A program made the translations under genes and the position numbers. 64,000 nt of DNA from Candidatus Aminicenantes bacterium UBA2199 (lineage in GTDB: Bacteria; Acidobacteriota; Aminicenantia; UBA2199), in contig DCVB01000095.1 of assembly GCA_002327965.1 (NCBI GenBank), positions 16,659 through 80,658 on the forward strand, given 5' to 3'. Position 1 is the stretch's first letter. Each line of letters begins with the position of its first letter. Under the pieces are notes generated by a model. That model saw only the letters and a list, made by a program, of their open reading frames with translations, was not told the DNA's origin and did no database searches. Below, piece by piece: positions 1 through 9,153 of the stretch.

Positions 1-31
1 CAGGTTATTTTATTTTTATCCGCGGGGGGGA

Positions 32-59
32 TTGATTTTTCATTTTTTTGGATTAAGAT
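32..59 (+). promoter_or_regulatory. Candidate sigma70-type promoter for the TonB-dependent receptor gene
   Basis: TTGATT-16 nt-TAAGAT in an AT-rich stretch 44 nt upstream of the ATG. Confidence 0.25.
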
Positions 60-102
60 ATGCTTCATGTCAGAGCAACAAATTAAAAGGAGGAGTATAT
101 TC

Positions 103-3100
103 ATGAAAAGAGCACTTTTCGCAGTCCTGCTGTTCTGCCTCATCCTTCCCGGGCTGGTCACGGCCCAGGGCGTGACGACGGCAGCGTTCAACGGGCTGGT
201 CACCGACGTCGACAATAATCCCGTCGTCGGCGCCACCGTCACCGCCGTGCATACGCCCACCGGGACGGTCTATACGGCCGTCAGCCGCATGGACGGCCTG
301 TTCAACATCCCGGCCGTCCGCGCCGGCGGCCCCTACACGGTCACCATCGCCATGGAGCCCTTCAAGGCCCAGGAGATCAGGGGCATCACCCTGCGGCTGG
401 GCGAGGATCGCAACCTGAAGTTCCAGCTGGCGCTGGAGACCATCGCCGAGGCGGTCACGGTCATCGCCTCCAACCCGATCATCTCTGAAGGGCGCACCGG
501 CGCCGCCCAGAACGTCAGCACGGCCATCATCGAGAGCATGCCCTCGATCGGCCGCTCGTTCGACGACTTTGCCCGCCTGGCCCCGCAGGTGGACCCCCGC
601 GGCGGCGGCGCCTACTCGGCCGCCGGCAAGAGCAACCGCTACAACAACATCCAGATCGACGGCGCCGTCAACAACGACCTGTTCGGCCTCGGCTCCAGCG
701 GCACCCCCGGCCTGGCCGCGCCGATCTCGCTGGACGCCGTCCAGGAGTTCCAGCTGGTCATCGCCCCCTACGACGTCCGCCACGGCGGCTTCACCGGCGC
801 CAGCTTGAACGCCATTACCCGCAGCGGCACCAATACCTTCGCCGGGTCGGCCTATTACTTCGGCCGCAACCAGGACTTCGTGGGCAAGGGCCCGGACAAC
901 AAGGCCTACGGGACCTTCAGCGAGAAGCAGTACGGCTTCCGCGTCGGCGGCCCGGTCATCAAGGACAAGCTGTTCTTCTTCCTGAGCGGCGAGATGGGCG
1001 ACAACAAGGTCCCGACCAACTACGTCATCGACGACAGCGGTTCCTCCAACGATTTCGGCGGCAGCAACGTCAATAAGGCCGACGCCGACCGCTTCATCAG
1101 CATCCTGAAGAACAAATACGGCTACGACCCGGGCGGCTACGGCGAGGGCTACAAGGACGTCATCCAGGACAACTCCAAGCTCTTCCTGCGCATGGACTAC
1201 AACATCAGCGACAAGCACCGCCTGACCCTGCGCCACAACCTGGTCAGCGGCAGCCGGGACAACAATCCTTCCAAGGCCTCCAGCTACGTCTTTCCCTTCG
1301 CCGACGTCTACTATGAGCTGACCAACACCACCAACTCCACCGTCGCCCAGCTGAACAGCACCCTGGGCAACAACCTGTTCAATGAGTTCATCGTCAACTA
1401 CACCACCATCCGCGACAGCCGCGCCGTGGGCGACACCCTTTTCCCGCAGGTGAACGTGGCCATTGCCGGCGGCTACCGCCTGACGGCCGGCACCGAGCAG
1501 TACTCGGGCGCCAACAGCCTGGACCAGGACATCATCGAGATCACCGACAACCTGACCTGGTACAAGGGCAAGCACACGTTCACCATCGGCACCCACAACG
1601 AGTTCTTCAACTTCGCCAATGTCTACATCCGCAACTACTACGGCTACTGGGAGTTCAACAGCCTGAACGACTTCGAGATCGGAAAGTCCTCCCGCTACTA
1701 CCATGATTTCTACACCGCCGATCCCAAGCAGAAGTGGGCGGCCAAGTTCGGCGTCATGCAGCTGGGCGCCTATGCCGGCGACAACTGGGCCGTGCTGCCC
1801 AACCTGACCCTGACCCTGGGCGTGCGCCTCGACGTGCCGATCATCAACGACATCCCCCAGGCAAACCCGCTGGTGGAGCAGGTTTTCGGCATCAAGACCG
1901 ACCAGGCCGCTTCGGGCAACCTGCTGTTCTCGCCCCGCGTCGGCTTCAACTGGGACGTGAGCAAGGATAAAACCACCCAGGTGCGCGGCGGCATCGGCAT
2001 CTTCTCCGGCCGCACACCCTACGTGTGGATCTCCAACCAGTATTCCAACACCGGATTGGAGTTCACCCGCTTCGACCTGCGGAACCCTTCGTTCTCATTC
2101 GTCCCCGATCCTCTGAACCAGCCTGAGTCTGGCCCCGGCCTGGTCTCCGGCACCAGCGAAGTCGACGTCATCGACGACAAGTTCACCTATCCCCAGGTGC
2201 TGCGCACCAACCTGGCCGTCGACCATGAGCTGCCCTGGGGGATTATCGGCACCCTGGAGTTCATCTATTCCAAGAACATCAACGAGATCCTCTACAACAA
2301 CCTCAACCTGCGCAAGACCGGCGAGATCGGCCTGGGCGGCCGCGTCATGTACGCCCGCGACGTCAACCCGAAGTTCACCGACGTCATCCTGCTAACCAAC
2401 ACCTCCAAGGGCTACCAGTACACCTTGTCGGTCCAGTTCCAGAAGAGCTTCAACAAGAACTCCTGGGCCAACTTCTCCTACGCCTACGGCCAGGCCAAGG
2501 ACGTCAACTCCGGCACCTCCTCGCAGGCCTCCTCCAACTTCGTCTACAACAACATCCGTTACGACGCCAACGATCCCGAGCTCACCTGGTCCAACTACGA
2601 CGTGCGCCACCGCATCGGCGCCGCCGTCTCCTACACCTTCAACTTCCTCAAGGACGCCCCGACCAGCATCGGGTTGTTCTACGGCGCCCGCTCCGGCCGC
2701 CCCTACTCCACCACCTACAACTACTACGACGCCAACGGCGACCGCGCCACCGGCAACGACCTGGTCTACGTGCCCGCCTCGCTCAACGAGGTCATCATGG
2801 TCGACTCCAACGGCATCGTCCTGGCCGACCAGAACGCCGCCTGGAACTCCCTGAACGATTACATCGCCGGCGACCCGGCCCTGGCTGCCGCTCGCGGCAC
2901 CATCATCCAGCGCAACGCCAGCCGCGATCCCTGGTACCATGGCCTCGACGCCCGCCTGGCGCAGGACATCCCCATCCCCGGCCTGAAGGACCACCGCCTG
3001 CAGGTCACCCTGGACATCGTCAACGTGCTCAACCTGCTCAACAACGAGTGGGGCAAGTCCTGGTACGTCAGCAACCAGAATGACACTCCCTGGACGCTGA

Positions 3101-3222
3101 AGGGGATCGACGCCGCCACCGGCAGGCAGAAGGTCAACTTCTCGACGCGGGACCGCTTTGTCCTCAGCCAGCTCGGTTCGCGCTGGCAGATGCAGCTCGG
3201 TCTGCGCTACTCGTTCAACTGA
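103..3222 (+). CDS. TonB-dependent outer-membrane receptor with N-terminal carboxypeptidase-regulatory-like domain
   Basis: ORF 67..3222. AGGAGG lies 9 nt upstream of ATG 103, followed by signal peptide MKRALFAVLLFCLILPGLVTAQG. CarboxypepD_reg-like segment (VTDVDNNPVVGATVTAVHTPTG...), plug-like region, long beta-barrel ending LGLRYSFN. A strong terminator follows. Confidence 0.85.
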   Translation: MKRALFAVLLFCLILPGLVTAQGVTTAAFNGLVTDVDNNPVVGATVTAVHTPTGTVYTAVSRMDGLFNIPAVRAGGPYTVTIAMEPFKAQEIRGITLRLGEDRNLKFQLALETIAEAVTVIASNPIISEGRTGAAQNVSTAIIESMPSIGRSFDDFARLAPQVDPRGGGAYSAAGKSNRYNNIQIDGAVNNDLFGLGSSGTPGLAAPISLDAVQEFQLVIAPYDVRHGGFTGASLNAITRSGTNTFAGSAYYFGRNQDFVGKGPDNKAYGTFSEKQYGFRVGGPVIKDKLFFFLSGEMGDNKVPTNYVIDDSGSSNDFGGSNVNKADADRFISILKNKYGYDPGGYGEGYKDVIQDNSKLFLRMDYNISDKHRLTLRHNLVSGSRDNNPSKASSYVFPFADVYYELTNTTNSTVAQLNSTLGNNLFNEFIVNYTTIRDSRAVGDTLFPQVNVAIAGGYRLTAGTEQYSGANSLDQDIIEITDNLTWYKGKHTFTIGTHNEFFNFANVYIRNYYGYWEFNSLNDFEIGKSSRYYHDFYTADPKQKWAAKFGVMQLGAYAGDNWAVLPNLTLTLGVRLDVPIINDIPQANPLVEQVFGIKTDQAASGNLLFSPRVGFNWDVSKDKTTQVRGGIGIFSGRTPYVWISNQYSNTGLEFTRFDLRNPSFSFVPDPLNQPESGPGLVSGTSEVDVIDDKFTYPQVLRTNLAVDHELPWGIIGTLEFIYSKNINEILYNNLNLRKTGEIGLGGRVMYARDVNPKFTDVILLTNTSKGYQYTLSVQFQKSFNKNSWANFSYAYGQAKDVNSGTSSQASSNFVYNNIRYDANDPELTWSNYDVRHRIGAAVSYTFNFLKDAPTSIGLFYGARSGRPYSTTYNYYDANGDRATGNDLVYVPASLNEVIMVDSNGIVLADQNAAWNSLNDYIAGDPALAAARGTIIQRNASRDPWYHGLDARLAQDIPIPGLKDHRLQVTLDIVNVLNLLNNEWGKSWYVSNQNDTPWTLKGIDAATGRQKVNFSTRDRFVLSQLGSRWQMQLGLRYSFN

Positions 3223-3265
3223 GAACAATCGGATCCCCTGACCGGGATCCGAGCGGAAAAAGGGA

Positions 3266-3298
3266 CCCCCCGGCCGCAAGGCCGGGGGGTTTTTTTTT
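3266..3298 (+). terminator. Rho-independent terminator downstream of the TonB-dependent receptor gene
   Basis: CCCCCCGGCC-GCAA-GGCCGGGGGG perfect 10-bp GC stem, followed by nine T residues. Confidence 0.85.
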
Positions 3299-3374
3299 GA
3301 CCTGCAAAATGAGAACGCTCCGGGACCGGTGAGAGGCCCGCTTCGCGACAGCGGCCATCGTGCACCGCCCGCGC

Positions 3375-3403
3375 TTGACACCACAAGCGAATTTCCTCAG
3401 AAT
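3375..3403 (+). promoter_or_regulatory. Candidate promoter for the 5'-nucleotidase gene
   Basis: TTGACA-17 nt-CAGAAT. Confidence 0.35.
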
Positions 3404-3480
3404 GCTATTCTCAAGATGGGCCCGGGGGCAAGACAGGTTTTCCTGCGCATCGTCATCCCGGGACGGATCGGGGGTGCCCC

Positions 3481-5040
3481 ATGAGAATCCGCTCCATCGT
3501 TTTGGCGCTCATCCTCGCCTGCCTCGCCTCGCTGACGGGCGCCGCTTCGCAGCAACTCACCATCCTGCACAGCAACGACGTGCATGGCCATCTGCGGCCG
3601 TTCAGCTACCCGGACATCGCCTTGCGGGACAGCCGGCTCTCCGACCTGCCGGCACATCGCGACATCGGCGGCATCGCCAGGCGCGCCACTCTCGCCGCCC
3701 GCATTCGCGCGGAACTGGAGCCGCGCGGGACACCCCTCTGGCTGGTCGATGCCGGGGATTTCTATTACTACAGCCCCTTCTCGATCGAGTACCACGGCAG
3801 GGCGGACGTGGCGGCGATGAATGCCGCCGGCTACGACTTCGCGGCGCTCGGCAATCACGAGTTCGAAGGCTCGCTGGCGCAGCTCAGGGAGATGATCGCC
3901 TCCGCGCGTTTTCCTTTCCTTTGCGCGAACGTCACGGCTGCCGCGGACGGCCGGCCGCTCGCCAAAGCGTATGAGGTACGCCAGGTCGGAGACGTGCGCA
4001 TCGGCATTTTCGGCCTCGTCGAGAATGAAGCCGCCAAATACCCGGCGGCCAGGGAAGGCCTGGCGGTCGCCGATGTCTTCACGGTCGCGCCCGAACTCGT
4101 CGCGCGGCTGCGCGGCACCGAGAAGGCGGACATCGTTATTTTGCTGTCGCACTGCGGCCATGCGGATGACCGGCGCCTGGCGCGCAGCGTACCGGGAATC
4201 GACGTGATCGTCGGCGGCCATTCCCACACGCGTCTGCCGCAGGGCGAGACGGTCTGGTGGTCCGACGAGCTCAAAGCGGATGAAGTCAATGGCACGATCA
4301 TCGTGCAGGCGGGCCAGAGGGGCGGCGAACTGGGGCGGCTCGATCTACTTCTCAAGAAGAACGCGTCGGGGCAGTGGCGGGTCGGCCGTTATCAGGCGCG
4401 GCTGCTCCCGGTCACCAGCGCCACGCCCGATGATCCGGTTGTGACCGCCGAGCTGGACCGCCTGTGGGCGCCGCTGGCCGCCAAGTACGACGAACTCATT
4501 GCGACGGCAACGGCCGATTTCGCCAACCGCGGCGACGACAGCCCCCAGGTCCACTTCATCGCCGACGCGGTGCGGGCCGAGTTCGGCGTCGAAATCGAGT
4601 TCGAGAACCTGGCCGGCGTGCACCACCCGATCCTGGCCGGGCCGGTCACCCGGGCGCAGCTATCCGATCTCGATCAGCGCCGCTTCACCATCGTGACCTT
4701 TCGCATGGCCGGCCGCGAGATCCGGCGCCTGGTCCAGCGTTTCAAGCCGGTCGCTTCGGGGCTGCGCTACCGGATCTTCTGCGGCACGCTCCAGGAGATC
4801 ACGGTCGGCGGCGCCCCCCTGGCCGATGCGCGCCTGTATTCATGCGCGGCGAACTCGGCGCTGGCCGGCCGCCTGGCCGGTTTCGAGATGCTGGAGATGA
4901 GGGACACCAAGAGATCCTGGGCCGGAGTGGTGATCGACGCCATGCGCCGGGCGGGCACGATCACCCCGGCCTACGACGGCCGCCGCGTCGTGATCGAAGC
5001 GCTCCGTCGGGAGAGCGGCGGACAGGATGCGACTCAATGA
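3481..5040 (+). CDS. Secreted bifunctional metallophosphatase / 5'-nucleotidase (UshA family)
   Basis: Signal peptide MRIRSIVLALILACLASLTGAAS. Metallophosphoesterase motifs ILHSNDVHGH, DAGD, GNHEF, GGHSH. C-terminal 5'-nucleotidase substrate-binding domain. Confidence 0.85.
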   Translation: MRIRSIVLALILACLASLTGAASQQLTILHSNDVHGHLRPFSYPDIALRDSRLSDLPAHRDIGGIARRATLAARIRAELEPRGTPLWLVDAGDFYYYSPFSIEYHGRADVAAMNAAGYDFAALGNHEFEGSLAQLREMIASARFPFLCANVTAAADGRPLAKAYEVRQVGDVRIGIFGLVENEAAKYPAAREGLAVADVFTVAPELVARLRGTEKADIVILLSHCGHADDRRLARSVPGIDVIVGGHSHTRLPQGETVWWSDELKADEVNGTIIVQAGQRGGELGRLDLLLKKNASGQWRVGRYQARLLPVTSATPDDPVVTAELDRLWAPLAAKYDELIATATADFANRGDDSPQVHFIADAVRAEFGVEIEFENLAGVHHPILAGPVTRAQLSDLDQRRFTIVTFRMAGREIRRLVQRFKPVASGLRYRIFCGTLQEITVGGAPLADARLYSCAANSALAGRLAGFEMLEMRDTKRSWAGVVIDAMRRAGTITPAYDGRRVVIEALRRESGGQDATQ

Positions 5041-5094
5041 GCGAAATGAATGCCTGAACCCGTTTGACGATCGATGGCAATGAGGGATGAGAAG

Positions 5095-5118
5095 CCGCAA
5101 TGGTCCGCTTCATTGCGG
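5095..5118. terminator. Hairpin between the convergent 5'-nucleotidase and PNP genes
   Basis: CCGCAATG-8 nt-CATTGCGG. There is no clear U-tract, so the terminator role is tentative. Confidence 0.3.
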
Positions 5119-5123
5119 TGACT

Positions 5124-5144
5124 CATCACGGATCACGCATCACG
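5124..5144. repeat. Heptamer array (C/G)ATCACG x3
   Basis: catcacg gatcacg catcacg, directly downstream of the PNP stop. It is the reverse complement of the array at 6093-6113 on the other side of the PNP gene. Confidence 0.9.
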
Positions 5145-5195
5145 ACAGATCGGATCGATCACTGACATGAAGCAGCGAACGGCTTCAGCATGGAG

Positions 5196-6017
5196 TCATG
5201 CCATCTTGGGGATCACCATGCTCAGCAGACGCATGAAGAAGCTTTTGACCCGCTCGGCCGTCTCGGTCACTTCGCGGTGGCTGAGCGGCTGCCTGGAGAT
5301 GCCGGCGGCCAGGTTGGTGACGCAGGAGATGCCGGCCACGCGCAGCCCCATGTGGCGGGCGCAGATGGCCTCGGGCACGGTGGACATGCCCACGGCGTCG
5401 GCGCCCAGCCCGGCCAGCATGCGCACCTCGGCCGGCGTCTCGTAGGAGGGGCCGCTCAGGGCCAGGTAGACGCCCCGCCTGGGTTCCAGGCCGATCTGCG
5501 CCTGAGCGGCGGCGATGAGTTCCTGGAACTCCGGGTCATAGACGGTGCTCATGTCGGGGAAGCGCGGTCCCAGGCGCTCGTCGTTGCCGCCGCGCAGCGG
5601 GTTGAGCCCCATGCCGTTGATGTGGTCGCGGATGATCATCAGGTCGCCGGGCCGCAGTTCGTTGCCGATGCCACCGGCGGCATTGGTCAGCAGCAGGCTC
5701 GTGATCCCCAACTTGCCCAGGACGCGCACCGGGAAGACCACGTCCTCGATGGCGTGGCCCTCATAATAATGGTAGCGCCCCTGCAAAACCGCCGTGGCGA
5801 CGCCGCCTACCGTTCCCAGGACCAGGCGCCCGGAGTGGCCGGCGACACTCACCCTCCTGAAGTGGGGGATCTCGCCGAAGGGGATGGCCGCGGCGTCCTG
5901 GAGACGGCCGGCGAACTCTCCGAGGCCCGAACCCAGCACCACGCCGACGCGCGGCGCCAGCGCCGACCGCGAGCGGATGAATTCCACCGCTGCCATTATT
6001 TTATCGTATGGTTCCAT
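5196..6017 (-). CDS. punA: Purine nucleoside phosphorylase (trimeric PNP / PunA type)
   Basis: ORF 5196..6068. AGGAGG lies 4 nt upstream of ATG at 6017 (MEPYDKIMAAVEFIRS). Family motifs: GSGLG, VAGHSGRLVLG, GRYHYYEG, TNAAGG, GMSTVPE. Confidence 0.85.
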   Translation of the reverse strand: MEPYDKIMAAVEFIRSRSALAPRVGVVLGSGLGEFAGRLQDAAAIPFGEIPHFRRVSVAGHSGRLVLGTVGGVATAVLQGRYHYYEGHAIEDVVFPVRVLGKLGITSLLLTNAAGGIGNELRPGDLMIIRDHINGMGLNPLRGGNDERLGPRFPDMSTVYDPEFQELIAAAQAQIGLEPRRGVYLALSGPSYETPAEVRMLAGLGADAVGMSTVPEAICARHMGLRVAGISCVTNLAAGISRQPLSHREVTETAERVKSFFMRLLSMVIPKMA

Positions 6018-6092
6018 CGTGCCTCCTGAGTCCGGCCGAAACGTAGCATACGGGCCGGGGATTGTCAAAAAGAACCGCGCTTATCAGTGATT

Positions 6093-6179
6093 CGTGATGA
6101 GTGATGCGTGATGAGAAAGAATGTCAAAACGAAATCCCATCCGACTCCTCACTCTTTCTCATCACTCATCACTGAGCAC
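6093..6179. repeat. Inverted pair of heptamer arrays (NGTGATG x3 / TCATCAC x3) with GAGAAAGA / TCTTTCTC linkers
   Basis: cgtgatg agtgatg cgtgatg agaaaga - 32 nt - tctttc tcatcac tcatcac tgagcac. Predicted long imperfect hairpin between PNP and xdhC. Confidence 0.9.
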
Positions 6180-6197
6180 TGAAAGTTCGTTCACTCA

Positions 6198-7178
6198 TTA
6201 CGTCTGCTTCGGCCGGTTCTTCTCCTGGATGATCTCGGCGGCGATGCTGATGGCGATCTCCTCCGGCGTGTGGCTGTGGATGGCCAGCCCCACCGGGGCG
6301 CGCACCCTGCCCAGGGCCCGGCCGCTGAACCCTTTTTTCTCCAGGCGGGCGAAGATGGCGGCGTTCTTGGCCGGGCTGCCCAGCAGCCCCAGGTAGCGCA
6401 GTTTTTTGCGCAGCAGCTGGCCGAGAACCTTCTCGTCGGCCTGGTGGCCGTAGGTCATGATCACCACGTAGCTCATGTCCCCCTCCTCCACCAGGCGGCC
6501 GACGGAACGGAAGCTGACCACGTGCTTCTCCTGGGCAAAGGCATTGTCTGCCATCGTCGCCAGGTCCTCGCGGTCGTCAAGGACGCGGACATGGAAATCG
6601 AGTCCGGCCATCACCCGCGACAGGGCCAGGCCGACATGGCCGCCGCCGATGATGGTCAGGGTCGGGCGCTGCCCGGTCTCCTCGCGGTAGGTCCATTCGG
6701 CCGCCGAGCGGGCGGTAAAGGCGCCGCCCCCTTTTTTCCCCGGCTGGAACTCCAGCCCGCGCGGCGAAAGCTGCAGCCGGCCGGGGCGATTGCGCTTCAG
6801 GGCGAAGAGGAGCGAATCGACGGCGTCGCCGTCGCCGGCGTTCAGGGGCAGCAGGGCCACCTGCTGCCAGCCGGAGCAGATCATGCCGGAGCGCCTGCTG
6901 GCGGCGGTTTTTCCGGTCGGGCCCTCATGATGCAGCAGCTTCAGCAAACGCACGCGGCCGCTGCCGCGCGCGAGCAGCGCGGCCGCCTTGTCCGCCAGGT
7001 CTTTTTCCACGGCGCCGCCGCCAATGGTGCCGTGCCGCTCGCCGCGGATCGTCACCGCCATCTTGAAACCCGGCTTGCCGGGCGACGAACCGCCGCTGGC
7101 CACCACCAGCAGCAGCATCAGCGGCTCGCCGGCCCGGATGCCTTCATGGACGAATTCCCAGAAATGGACTTGGTTCAT
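6198..7178 (-). CDS. XdhC-family molybdenum-cofactor insertion chaperone for xanthine dehydrogenase-type enzymes
   Basis: N-terminal XdhC/CoxI domain (VASGGSSPGKPGFKMAV...GTIGGG) and C-terminal XdhC Rossmann domain (LTIIGGGHVGLAL). ATGA overlap with the upstream MocA-like gene. Confidence 0.8.
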   Translation of the reverse strand: MNQVHFWEFVHEGIRAGEPLMLLLVVASGGSSPGKPGFKMAVTIRGERHGTIGGGAVEKDLADKAAALLARGSGRVRLLKLLHHEGPTGKTAASRRSGMICSGWQQVALLPLNAGDGDAVDSLLFALKRNRPGRLQLSPRGLEFQPGKKGGGAFTARSAAEWTYREETGQRPTLTIIGGGHVGLALSRVMAGLDFHVRVLDDREDLATMADNAFAQEKHVVSFRSVGRLVEEGDMSYVVIMTYGHQADEKVLGQLLRKKLRYLGLLGSPAKNAAIFARLEKKGFSGRALGRVRAPVGLAIHSHTPEEIAISIAAEIIQEKNRPKQT

Positions 7179-7768
7179 TGATCTCTCCTGGCGCGCAGGG
7201 CGGCGTCGATCCGCTCCCGGTCGGCCGGCGTGTCCAGGTCGGCCAGGACGCCGGGATCGTCGACCTCGACGACGACGCTGCCGCGACGGCGGATGATGTT
7301 CCCCAGGTTGGAGCCCGGGGGCTCGGCGATGATGTCGGGAATGAGCGTGGCCGGCAGCAGGACCGGGTGGCCCCGGCGTCCCGCGCAGGCGGGAACGACG
7401 ATGTCGGCGTCATGTCCCGCATCCAGCAGCCGGCGCAGGACGGCGGTTCGCACCAGCGGCATGTCGCCGGGAAGGAGAAAGAAGCGCGGGGCCCGCACCC
7501 GGCGCGCCCCGGCCTGCACCGATGAAAGCATGCCGGTGGCGAAATCCTTGTTCACGACCAGCTCGACGCCCTGCAGGCCGGCGACCAGTTCTTCGACCTG
7601 ATCGGCCCCGGAGCCGGCCACGACGATCACGCGCGAACAGACGGCGGCCAGGGACTCCAGTGCCCACAGCAGCAGGGGCCTGCCGCCGACTCGCGCCGTC
7701 ATCTTGAACACCCCGGCGCGGCAGGAGCAGCCGCCGGCCAGCAGCACGCCGTCAACCGCGGCGCCCAT
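7175..7768 (-). CDS. MobA/MocA-like nucleotidyltransferase (molybdenum cofactor cytidylyltransferase-like)
   Basis: The in-frame ATG at 7768 gives MGAAVDGVLLAGGCSCRAG..., the typical LAGGxSxR NTP_transf_3 start. The longer track ORF (to 8236) runs antisense-frame through the hydantoinase gene. The stop overlaps the xdhC start. Confidence 0.7.
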   Translation of the reverse strand: MGAAVDGVLLAGGCSCRAGVFKMTARVGGRPLLLWALESLAAVCSRVIVVAGSGADQVEELVAGLQGVELVVNKDFATGMLSSVQAGARRVRAPRFFLLPGDMPLVRTAVLRRLLDAGHDADIVVPACAGRRGHPVLLPATLIPDIIAEPPGSNLGNIIRRRGSVVVEVDDPGVLADLDTPADRERIDAALRARRDQ

Positions 7769-9152
7769 TGTCGCCCTGCGCCCGGTCGTTTCCCAACCAG
7801 GCACCGCGGCCCGCCTCGGCCTCGATCCGGCCGTCGGCGAACACCGTTTCGCCGCGGCTGAAAACCCAAGCCGGCGCGCCGACGAGCTCAAGCCCCTCGT
7901 AAATGGCGTGGTCGCAGCGCTGCCACTGCCGGGCGGCGGCCACCGTCCATTTTCTGTCGCGATCCCACACCACCAGGTCGGCGTCGCTCCCGGGGCGGAT
8001 CGTTCCCTTGCGCGGATAGAGGCCGAACAGCTTCGCCGGGCGCGTCGCGACCAGGTCGACGAAGCGCGCCGGGCTGATCCCGCCGCTGCGGACGCCGAAG
8101 GTATGGAGCAGCGGCAAGCGGTACTCGATGCCGCCGGTGCCGCCGGGAACCCGGGTGAAATCGTCACCGGCATGGCGCCGCTTGTCGGCAAGGAGGAACG
8201 GGCAATGGTCGGTGCCGATCGTCTGCACCAGCCCACTGGCCAGCGCCTGCCACAGGGCCTGACGATGCTCCCCGCTCCTCAGCGGCGGGCTCATGACCGC
8301 GGCCGCCGCCGCGTCGCCTTCGGTTGCGTACAGGCTTTCATCCAGGAGCAGGTACTGCGGGCAGGTCTCGGCGATCGCCGTCTGCCCGGCTTGGCGGGCG
8401 GCGGCGACGGCGTCGATCCCCTGGCGCGTCGACACGTGCACGATGTAAAGCGGCACCCCGGCCAGTTGCGCCATCAGCAGGGCCCGGCGGATCGCGTCGC
8501 CCTCCACCTCGGGCGGCCGCGCCAGCGCATGATGGGCGACCGATGTCTTTCCCCCGGCCAGCAGCGTTTTCTGCAGGTAGGAGACCATGTCGCCCGCCTC
8601 GGCATGGACCAGGGTCAGGAACTTTAACTTGCGGGCGGCATCGAGGACGGCAAGGAACTCCCGATCCTCCAGGCCGATGGTCTCCTTGTAAGCCAGGTAA
8701 GCCTTGACCGAGACGATCCCCTGGCGGCGGCAGGCTTGCAGCTCGGAAAGCGTCCGCTCCCCCCAGGCGGTTACGCTCATGTGCAAAAGGTAATCGCAAA
8801 CCGACCCTCGCGCCGCATCCTTCCTGGCCGCCAAGGCGGCGGACAGGGACTCGTGGCGGCCCGGTGTGACAAAATCGATGATCGTGGTCGTGCCGCCGGC
8901 CAGGGCGGCGCGGGTGCCCGAGGCGAAATCGTCGCTGGAGGTGCCGTTGGCCGTCTCCAGCCCGAAGTGGACGTGGGGGTCGACTCCGCCGGGAAAAACC
9001 TCGCAACCCGAGGCGTCGATGACGCGGTCGGCGGCGGCTGGAGCGGCGAGGCCCTCCCCCACCGCGGCGATGGTTTCCCCCTCGACCAGGATATCGCCCC
9101 GGAAAGAGCGGCCGTCGGAGACGATCGTCCCGTTGCGGACCAGGGTCCTCAT
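7752..9152 (-). CDS. Cyclic amidohydrolase (D-hydantoinase / dihydropyrimidinase, HyuA-like)
   Basis: 466 aa. Metal-binding GGVDPHVHF, carboxylated-lysine context VKAYLAYK, and IGTDHCPF. Confidence 0.85.
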   Translation of the reverse strand: MRTLVRNGTIVSDGRSFRGDILVEGETIAAVGEGLAAPAAADRVIDASGCEVFPGGVDPHVHFGLETANGTSSDDFASGTRAALAGGTTTIIDFVTPGRHESLSAALAARKDAARGSVCDYLLHMSVTAWGERTLSELQACRRQGIVSVKAYLAYKETIGLEDREFLAVLDAARKLKFLTLVHAEAGDMVSYLQKTLLAGGKTSVAHHALARPPEVEGDAIRRALLMAQLAGVPLYIVHVSTRQGIDAVAAARQAGQTAIAETCPQYLLLDESLYATEGDAAAAAVMSPPLRSGEHRQALWQALASGLVQTIGTDHCPFLLADKRRHAGDDFTRVPGGTGGIEYRLPLLHTFGVRSGGISPARFVDLVATRPAKLFGLYPRKGTIRPGSDADLVVWDRDRKWTVAAARQWQRCDHAIYEGLELVGAPAWVFSRGETVFADGRIEAEAGRGAWLGNDRAQGDNGRRG

Positions 9153-9153
9153 C

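Noticed and set aside
7175-8236. Long forms of the MocA-like (353 aa), Gfo/Idh/MocA (43584..45164, 526 aa), Dtd (50223..51197) and DHS-like (54878..56497) ORFs.
   Set aside because: The upstream portions overlap neighbouring genes in other frames and are compositionally aberrant. Internal ATGs with SD sequences or ATGA coupling give proteins of canonical length.
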